From an uncultured Aquificales bacterium (GTDB lineage: Bacteria; Thermosulfidibacterota; Thermosulfidibacteria; Thermosulfidibacterales; Thermosulfidibacteraceae), in NCBI GenBank assembly GCA_964411615.1, contig CAYPLO010000009.1, positions 1 through 32,816 on the forward strand: a stretch of DNA of 32,816 nt, written 5' to 3'. The position numbers were made by a program, and so were the translations under genes. Positions within the stretch are counted from its first letter, which is position 1. The number at the start of each line of letters is the position of its first letter. This document shows positions 26,751-32,816 of the stretch, in pieces. The notes under the pieces are model-generated. The model was not told the DNA's origin and did not search any database. It saw only the letters and a list, made by a program, of their open reading frames with translations.

Positions 26751-28645
26751 TCGGTCTTCTCTACAGAATTTTCGTACTTTACTATGTTTGGGGTGATGAA
26801 GATGAGCAGCTCTTTTTTATCAACGTTGTGGGATTCCTTGCCAAACAGCCACTTTATGAGGGGAACCCTGTCAAGGTACGGAACGCCTCTCTTGTTCTTC
26901 TGCTCAAGCATCTCGTAGATACCACCAACCACAAGGGTCTCGCCACTTTGAAGTCTCACCCTGGTCTTCACCGAACGGGTCTGGATTGGAACGCCATCCG
27001 GTGTTACGTGGGTGAAGTCGGGGCTGTCCTTTGAGACCTCAACATCCAGAAGGATATCGCCTTTGGATGTGACGTGGGGAGTTACCTTCAACTTCAGCTT
27101 CGCCTCTTTGAACTCTGTCTCGGTTCCCTTTTCAGAGTATGTTGCGTAGGGTATCTCATATCCCTGTGAGATTTCAGCCTCTCTGTTGTCCATGGTTATC
27201 ACCTTTGGATTTGATATGACCTTTGCGAGGCCTGCCCCTTCAAGGGCTGAGAGCTGGAAGTTGAGCTTGAAGGTGTTGCTCCTGTTCAGCAGGGCCGCTG
27301 CAAGGCTGACCGCAGGTGTTGCTCCTGTGGTGCCAGGGTTGAATCCCAGGTCCACATTGGCGTTTGTGTTGAAGGAGTAGGGGAAGCTGTACTCTGTCTT
27401 CTGCTGGCTGAAGGAGAGCCCCCAGACTATGCCCAGGTCCTTTACCTTTGTGGTGGAGACCTCAACTATCCTGGCGCTTATCTGCACCTGTGGGATGGGA
27501 GTATCTGCTTTCTTAAGGAACTTCTCTATCCTCTCCAGGTCCTCCTTAGTTCCCCTGACGAGCAGGGCATTTAGCCTCTCTATAACATCCACCCCCTTCT
27601 TGACCTTGCCGAGGCCTTTACCGGCGGAGAGCATCTTCTCCACGAGGGGCTTCAGCTCCGATGCCTTGGCATAGTCAAGCTCAAATATCCGGGTGTATAC
27701 AGGGGCAACCTCCTCCACCACCTTTTGCATCTCTGCCCTTTTTGCCAGCTCACGGTTTATCTTGTCTATCGGACCTATCCTCACAATGTTGTCGCCTTCC
27801 TCTATCATGCCCAGTCCGTTGACCTTAAGTATTATGTCAAGGGCCTTCTTCCACGGTACGTTTCTGAGCTTTATTGTGACGGTTCCTTTAACCTCCGGGT
27901 CAACCACGAAGTTTAGTCCACTGACTTCACTCAATATGTTTATCACATCCCTTATGTCTGCATCCTTGAACTCAAGGGTTATTCTCTTGCTCTGGGATAG
28001 TTCAACTCCACTTTTTGTGGTCACGATTGGAACAGGTATAATCTTCAACGCCTTGCCCAGTCTCAATATCTTCACTTCTACCTTACCAACTGTATATAGC
28101 ACCACGTCCGTCTCCTTAGACACCGGATTGTAGAGGACCTTAACCTTGGATATGCATGGAATAGGAGTTGTCATTATATCTGTTATTCCTGAAGCATTCT
28201 TGGCGTTGAACAGCCTGAGGACTACTCTTTCCGGCTCTTTTAGCTTTTGAGTCTCTACGTATTCCCACGGCATCATCCCGTAGATGAATATACCATCACT
28301 TTTTATTCTGATGGATGTTAGTCTGTTAAATACAGTTTTTCTACTTTGAGGAACCATATACGCCACGAGTTTAAAGCCGTTCTTCAGCAGATTCTCTTCG
28401 TTCACCTCTATAGGCTTCAGATGCTCTTTTACTAAATCTCCTTTGTTTTTTGCTATAACTATTACCTTCTTGATATCTCCCTTCTCGTATATCTTCAGGG
28501 GAAAGCCCTTCTCGACAAGGCTTCTGTATATCTTTTTCAGTTCACTCAGGTTCCGTTTTTGAAATGCGCCTATCTGGTAGCTTTTAGAGTAGGAACTTGT
28601 AGCTATAAATGCTGCTATTAGCACAATCAAAAATCTCCTCATCAT
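26747..28645 (-). CDS. pilQ: Type IV pilus secretin PilQ
   Basis: ITLEFKDADIR, VPWKKALD, QVQISARIVE, LKVTPHVT and ELLIFITP motifs. Follows pilNOP. Confidence 0.95.
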   Translation of the reverse strand: MMRRFLIVLIAAFIATSSYSKSYQIGAFQKRNLSELKKIYRSLVEKGFPLKIYEKGDIKKVIVIAKNKGDLVKEHLKPIEVNEENLLKNGFKLVAYMVPQSRKTVFNRLTSIRIKSDGIFIYGMMPWEYVETQKLKEPERVVLRLFNAKNASGITDIMTTPIPCISKVKVLYNPVSKETDVVLYTVGKVEVKILRLGKALKIIPVPIVTTKSGVELSQSKRITLEFKDADIRDVINILSEVSGLNFVVDPEVKGTVTIKLRNVPWKKALDIILKVNGLGMIEEGDNIVRIGPIDKINRELAKRAEMQKVVEEVAPVYTRIFELDYAKASELKPLVEKMLSAGKGLGKVKKGVDVIERLNALLVRGTKEDLERIEKFLKKADTPIPQVQISARIVEVSTTKVKDLGIVWGLSFSQQKTEYSFPYSFNTNANVDLGFNPGTTGATPAVSLAAALLNRSNTFKLNFQLSALEGAGLAKVISNPKVITMDNREAEISQGYEIPYATYSEKGTETEFKEAKLKLKVTPHVTSKGDILLDVEVSKDSPDFTHVTPDGVPIQTRSVKTRVRLQSGETLVVGGIYEMLEQKNKRGVPYLDRVPLIKWLFGKESHNVDKKELLIFITPNIVKYENSVEKTE

Positions 28646-29007
28646 CTGCTTTCCCCCTTAACCTTTATGGGCTTTATTATGGTTTTATCCCTGAATTTTA
28701 GAATGATGGCATTCTTGGTTATGTCCACGATTCTCTCCCCTCTGTTTCCCAGATAGTCTCCCGGCTTCACAATGTACGTTCTGTGGTCTGGGGAGACCAC
28801 CATCGCCATCTTAAGTCCCTCGGAGACTATGATGCCCGTCAGTCTGTAAGCATCCAGGCTGTACCACTGGAGTGGATTATTTGAGACTATTTTCTCCTGC
28901 TCAGGCTTTTTTATGACCACGGCAGGCGGGGCAAATATGTTCTTCTTCGCATAAGAGATGGGTCCAACCATCAACATTGCAACTGTGAATGCCAAGAGCC
29001 TTCTCAT
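28642..29007 (-). CDS. pilP: Type IV pilus assembly protein PilP
   Basis: PLQWYSLDAYRLTGI...AMV..PD...YIVK.GDYLG..G.I..I pattern; gene position. Confidence 0.85.
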   Translation of the reverse strand: MRRLLAFTVAMLMVGPISYAKKNIFAPPAVVIKKPEQEKIVSNNPLQWYSLDAYRLTGIIVSEGLKMAMVVSPDHRTYIVKPGDYLGNRGERIVDITKNAIILKFRDKTIIKPIKVKGESR

Positions 29008-29573
29008 CTCTTTCCCCTTTTCTTCACGTTCTCAACGTATCTGTACGTCTGGAGTGTGCCAGAGACCTTTAGGCTGGGGTCTTCCGATGTCTCCTTCGAC
29101 ACCACCCTTAACCTGTAGGGCTTAACGAGCCTGTTTAGGGAGTCCACCTTGCTGAGAAAGTCCATAAGCTGCTGGTATCTTGAGGAGAATGAGACCTTTA
29201 TATTTACAACGGCGTAGTGTTTTTCTGGATAGACTACCTCCCTGCCCAGCTCAACCCTGCTCAGGTCTATACCGCTTGTGTGCGCCAGCTGGGCTATGGC
29301 CCTTATGAGGCCTGGAAGGTCTTCATCTTTGGGTAGCAGGCTCTTGAGCTTCTCTATCTCCTTCTCAAGACTTCTCTTTTGGGCCATCAGGGTATGTACC
29401 TTCTTGAGGAGGAGAAGAGCCTTCTGCTTTCTGGACTCTATATGTTCTATTTCTGCCTTCAGCCTCTTTATCCTCCCGGATATCTTGGAGGCGAACAGAT
29501 AGTAGTTGGCCACCATAACGGCCAGAAACAGGAATACCCCTGCCAAAAGGGCCTTCTTCGTCTCTTGATTCAT
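29004..29573 (-). CDS. pilO: Type IV pilus assembly protein PilO
   Basis: TM plus coiled coil, LLP..EDLPGLI..I, Y..L..FL..V..L.RLV and C-terminal TYRY motifs. Confidence 0.88.
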   Translation of the reverse strand: MNQETKKALLAGVFLFLAVMVANYYLFASKISGRIKRLKAEIEHIESRKQKALLLLKKVHTLMAQKRSLEKEIEKLKSLLPKDEDLPGLIRAIAQLAHTSGIDLSRVELGREVVYPEKHYAVVNIKVSFSSRYQQLMDFLSKVDSLNRLVKPYRLRVVSKETSEDPSLKVSGTLQTYRYVENVKKRGKR

Positions 29574-30157
29574 CTGATTCTTATCCCTCCCGTGAATCTT
29601 CTAACGGTAACATCGTTCACCTTTGTCTTTTCATAACGGCTTATGCTCACACTTGATATGAGCTTCTCTTTCTGGAGCCTCTCAACGAAGTCTGCCAGGG
29701 CTTCGTCGTTTATGGAGTAGCCCTTCATCTCTATTCTCTTGTCGTTTAGGGAAAGCCCAGACAGCCATACCTCATCGGGCATGGCCCTCTGGAGACTTCT
29801 CATAACCTTCAGAGGTATGTGGGCTTCCTTCACTATCCTCCCTATTATTCTCTTCTTCTCCCTCAGGGCTTTCAGTTCTGCCTCTATCTTCTTGAGCCTT
29901 TTTGTCTTTGCCTCAAGGAGTGACAGTTCCCTTTGCTTCTTGTTCTTTATGGACTGGAGCCTTCTCTCCTTTGAGATTAGGGTGTAGTCCCATGCTGCCG
30001 ATACCATTATGGAAATGGCAAGCATGGCCACCGCCAGCAGGTTTGCATTTTTGGTGTCTATGGAGATTCTCTTTGGGGCCTTCTTCTTGGGGGTGGGTTC
30101 CCTCTCCTGTCCCCCTCTCATGAGATTTATGCGTATGATTTTGGGCCTTCTCTCCAT
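29570..30157 (-). CDS. pilN: Type IV pilus assembly protein PilN
   Basis: IRINL motif, TM, coiled coil and MPDEVWL..L motif. Confidence 0.88.
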   Translation of the reverse strand: MERRPKIIRINLMRGGQEREPTPKKKAPKRISIDTKNANLLAVAMLAISIMVSAAWDYTLISKERRLQSIKNKKQRELSLLEAKTKRLKKIEAELKALREKKRIIGRIVKEAHIPLKVMRSLQRAMPDEVWLSGLSLNDKRIEMKGYSINDEALADFVERLQKEKLISSVSISRYEKTKVNDVTVRRFTGGIRIR

Positions 30158-30158
30158 G

Positions 30159-30863
30159 CTACATCTCCATGAGACCTTTTATTACACCTTCTATCTCAAA
30201 GGTTCTGATGCTATCAACAGCTACGTACCTGGACAGCACCCCTACGGTTTTGTGCAAAGTGTTGTTATCTCTGCTTGTGTAAACATCAATCCCCTCCTCT
30301 TTTCCCGCCAGCTGGGACAATTTCCTGGCAAAGGCGTTGACAGTGCTTTCTCGGGGATGGAGGATATCGCAGACCATTAAGGGGTATCCCTTGGCGTTCA
30401 TAAATACTGCCACGAGCTCCTCTTCCGATACCTCAAGGGCTAAGGCGGGCAGGGAGTCTGCACCTTTGAGGGCTTCCGCCAAGGCCAGGGGTCTGGATGT
30501 GACCATGCTTTTTGAGGCCCTAACGTGTGATAGCAGCTTCTCCCCGGCACTGGTCAGCTCCGTAACCAGAAGCAGCGTGCTTTTGGGGGAGGTTGGGATA
30601 AGCTCAACGTGGACGGCGCTCTCCCTGTTCACCACAATCTTCTCAAGCTCGCAGTCTATAACCTGTTTTAACGTTTCCCTATCTAAGGGGTACTCTTTTA
30701 CAAAGGTAAAAACCAGAGGAGCGGGCAGGGCTATCTTAACCTCCTGGAAGTCTCCTTCCCAGAAACCTTCCCACTCATCCAGACTGTAGGTTGTGGGACT
30801 GGTTCCTTCTCCTTCGGTGTCCAGTACTGTAAAGTGGCTACTTCCCACGCTGATGAGAATCAT
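30159..30863 (-). CDS. Highly diverged, short PilM-position protein
   Basis: First gene of the pilNOPQ operon; faint PilM-like patterns (IALP, PLALA.A); only 234 aa. Confidence 0.6.
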   Translation of the reverse strand: MILISVGSSHFTVLDTEGEGTSPTTYSLDEWEGFWEGDFQEVKIALPAPLVFTFVKEYPLDRETLKQVIDCELEKIVVNRESAVHVELIPTSPKSTLLLVTELTSAGEKLLSHVRASKSMVTSRPLALAEALKGADSLPALALEVSEEELVAVFMNAKGYPLMVCDILHPRESTVNAFARKLSQLAGKEEGIDVYTSRDNNTLHKTVGVLSRYVAVDSIRTFEIEGVIKGLMEM

Positions 30864-30870
30864 GTTTTGA

Positions 30871-30899
30871 AGGATACCAGCAGTGCTTCATGTTGACAA
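30871..30899 (-). promoter_or_regulatory. Putative leaderless sigma70 promoter of the pil-aro operon: TTGTCA-N17-TATCCT-N7-ATG
   Basis: Minus strand: -35 at 30899-30894, TG extended -10, -10 at 30876-30871, ATG at 30863. No SD. Confidence 0.62.
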
Positions 30900-30952
30900 T
30901 ACTGACCACCCTTACATAAAAGAAGCAGAACAACACCATTCGGGAGTGGGAG

Positions 30953-32380
30953 ATGAGAGGGAGAAGGCTGTTTCTTTTTGTTCTGGTCCTTCTGCTGGTT
31001 TCCACCGTTGCCTTTGCAGGGGAAGGGGCTGCAGAGACCATGGAGCTTGGTGAGAAGCTGCCCCTTTGGTCTTCTATCCCCTTTGCCGGGATACTGCTTT
31101 CCATAGCCATATTTCCCCTTGTGGCTCCTGAGTTCTGGCATCACCACTATCCCAAGGTCTCTGCCTTCTGGGCCATAATAGTGGCCCTTCCACTGATATA
31201 CTTCTTCAAAGGGGTGGCCATACACGAGATACTGCACATATACATAGGGGACTACATACCCTTCATCATCCTCCTCTGGTCCCTTTACACCGTTGCAGGT
31301 GGTATACTTCTCAGGGGGACTTTGAGGGGAACCCCTGTGATAAACACCCTTATGCTGGCCTTTGGCACCTTAATTGCCTCCTGGGTTGGGACTACCGGTG
31401 CTGCCATGATAATGATAAGGCCCTTCTTAAGGGCCAATGCCCACAGGAAGTACAGGACCTACCAGGTGGTCTTCTTCATCTTCCTCATATGCAACATAGG
31501 GGGAATCCTCACACCTCTGGGTGACCCTCCTCTTTTCTTAGGCTTTCTCCATGGTGTTCCCTTCTTCTGGACCACCGTTAAGCTGTGGCCCATTCTGCTT
31601 GTGGCCGGGGGGATAGTTCTCGGCCTCTTCTTCCTGATAGACCTTTACTATTACAAGAAGGAGAAGGTTGAGCAGCCGAAGGACGATACGAAGCTCAAGA
31701 TAGAGGGGCTTCATAACCTCATATTCCTTTTGGGCATCATAGGAGCCGTTCTGTTCAGCGGAATGGTCCATCTGGGGCATGTGAAGATACTGGGTGTGGA
31801 GAGGGAGATATCAACCCTCATAAGGGATGCGGCCATGGTGGTTATGGGGCTTCTCTCCCTGAAGACCACCCCTTGGGAGATAAGAAAGGACAACGACTTC
31901 ACCTGGTTCCCCATACTGGAGGTGGCTTATCTCTTTGCCGGTATCTTTATGACCATGATACCTCCCATAGCCATCCTGAGGGCAGGGGAGAAGGGGGCCC
32001 TTGCCTGGCTCATAGCGGCGGTCAGGGACCCTGCCCACTTCTTCTGGGCAACGGGTACCCTTTCAAGCTTCCTGGACAACGCCCCCACGTATCTCACCTT
32101 CCTCAATACCGCACTGGGCAGGTTCTTCCCCGGAATGCCGGAGGCCCAGGCCGTTCATGCTCTCATAGCCAACAAGTCCGTCTTTTTAGAGGCCATATCG
32201 GCAGGTGCTGTTCTAATGGGGGCCAACACATATATAGGAAACGCCCCCAACTTTATGGTGAGGTCCATAGCTGAGGAGGCCGGTGTGCCCATGCCCAGCT
32301 TCTTCGGATACATACTGAAGTACTCACTGCCCATTCTCATACCCACTTTTGTGCTTGTCACCTACATCTTTTTTGTTTAA
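30953..32380 (+). CDS. Sodium:proton antiporter-type ion transporter (IT superfamily, CitMHS_2-like)
   Basis: About 12 TM segments; GTTGAAM, NIGGILTPLGDPPLFLGFL, SSFLDNAPTY and GANTYIGNAPNFMV motifs. Confidence 0.88.
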   Translation: MRGRRLFLFVLVLLLVSTVAFAGEGAAETMELGEKLPLWSSIPFAGILLSIAIFPLVAPEFWHHHYPKVSAFWAIIVALPLIYFFKGVAIHEILHIYIGDYIPFIILLWSLYTVAGGILLRGTLRGTPVINTLMLAFGTLIASWVGTTGAAMIMIRPFLRANAHRKYRTYQVVFFIFLICNIGGILTPLGDPPLFLGFLHGVPFFWTTVKLWPILLVAGGIVLGLFFLIDLYYYKKEKVEQPKDDTKLKIEGLHNLIFLLGIIGAVLFSGMVHLGHVKILGVEREISTLIRDAAMVVMGLLSLKTTPWEIRKDNDFTWFPILEVAYLFAGIFMTMIPPIAILRAGEKGALAWLIAAVRDPAHFFWATGTLSSFLDNAPTYLTFLNTALGRFFPGMPEAQAVHALIANKSVFLEAISAGAVLMGANTYIGNAPNFMVRSIAEEAGVPMPSFFGYILKYSLPILIPTFVLVTYIFFV

Positions 32381-32410
32381 ATTAGCTTTAAAAGCTGTGG
32401 AGGTGCAATT

Positions 32411-32644
32411 TTGAAGAGTTTTGGAGAGCTGGTTGTGGAGAAGAGGCTCTCCCTGGGATTGAGCAGGGAAGAGCTTGCCTCAAGGCTCGGTGTGCCTGAG
32501 GATGTGGTTGAGGCCATAGAGACGGGGAGGTTCTTTCCTCCCTCCTTCTTTCTGCCTGCTATATTGAGGGTCCTTGGGGATGAGGATGGCTCCCTCAGAG
32601 CCGCTTATCAGAATGAGGCTGTTAGGTGTTTTGGTTTCGGCTGA
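32411..32644 (+). CDS. XRE-family helix-turn-helix protein
   Basis: FGELV.EKR...GLSREELA.RLGV....V.AIE.G..P pattern; SD GGAGGTG before TTG. Confidence 0.85.
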   Translation: MKSFGELVVEKRLSLGLSREELASRLGVPEDVVEAIETGRFFPPSFFLPAILRVLGDEDGSLRAAYQNEAVRCFGFG

Positions 32645-32654
32645 GGTTAAAGAT

Positions 32655-32673
32655 AAGGGCAGTCTGCCCTTTT
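32655..32673 (+). terminator. Possible intrinsic terminator hairpin AAGGGCA-GTC-TGCCCTT(TT)
   Basis: 7-bp inverted repeat 10 nt after the HTH stop codon; the U-tract is short. Confidence 0.35.
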
Positions 32674-32816
32674 AAGGGAGGTTTGGGCCATGTGGAGCAG
32701 GAATCCCTTTGGCAGGGGAGGCTGGTGGGGAAGGGATGGTGACTGGTTCGTTTCAGGTTTCTGCAGTATCTCCTACTGGTTTACTGAGGGTGGAACCGGG
32801 TGTTACAGAAACAGGA

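Noticed and set aside
30893..30922. TTGACA as -35 for the antiporter gene
   Set aside because: No convincing -10 at 16-18 nt; the same bases are explained by the opposite-strand pil promoter.
32674..32816. Possible truncated CDS at the right edge (SD AAGGGAGG, ATG 32690 or ATG 32736)
   Set aside because: Two competing open frames of under 45 codons with no recognisable motif; cannot be called.

Overview
Mostly core-genome DNA from a Gram-negative (lpxK, lapA, secretin), probably anaerobic and thermophilic bacterium (many Fe-S proteins, heavy AGG/ATA codon use, E/K/R-rich proteins; taxon not identifiable from sequence alone). The left end holds the trailer end of a CRISPR array (two 30-bp repeats). 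Next comes a small acidic ORF with its own promoter and RBS, converging on and overlapping a solitary AT-rich cas6. That cas6 is the last gene of an exbB-exbD-cas6 unit. A perfect FNR-type box (TTGAT-N4-ATCAA) sits between exbB and a divergent Fe-S gene: at -41.5 of the Fe-S promoter and on top of the exbB -35. A 20.7-kb plus-strand run of 18 tightly packed genes follows: frdX-like, siroheme/Fe-S protein, hydrolase, HIT, lapA, valS, lpxK, mrdA, rodA, a Maf-DUF4387 fusion, dprA, topA, fapA-like, recN, ferredoxin, vorB-like, glyS and a C-GCAxxG-C-C protein. A minus-strand pilMNOPQ-aroC-aroK-TPR-aroQ-pepP run converges on it. The right end has a Na+/H+ antiporter-type transporter and an XRE HTH gene. 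No rRNA, tRNA or mobile elements were recognised. Family calls come from motif recognition by eye, not database searches.
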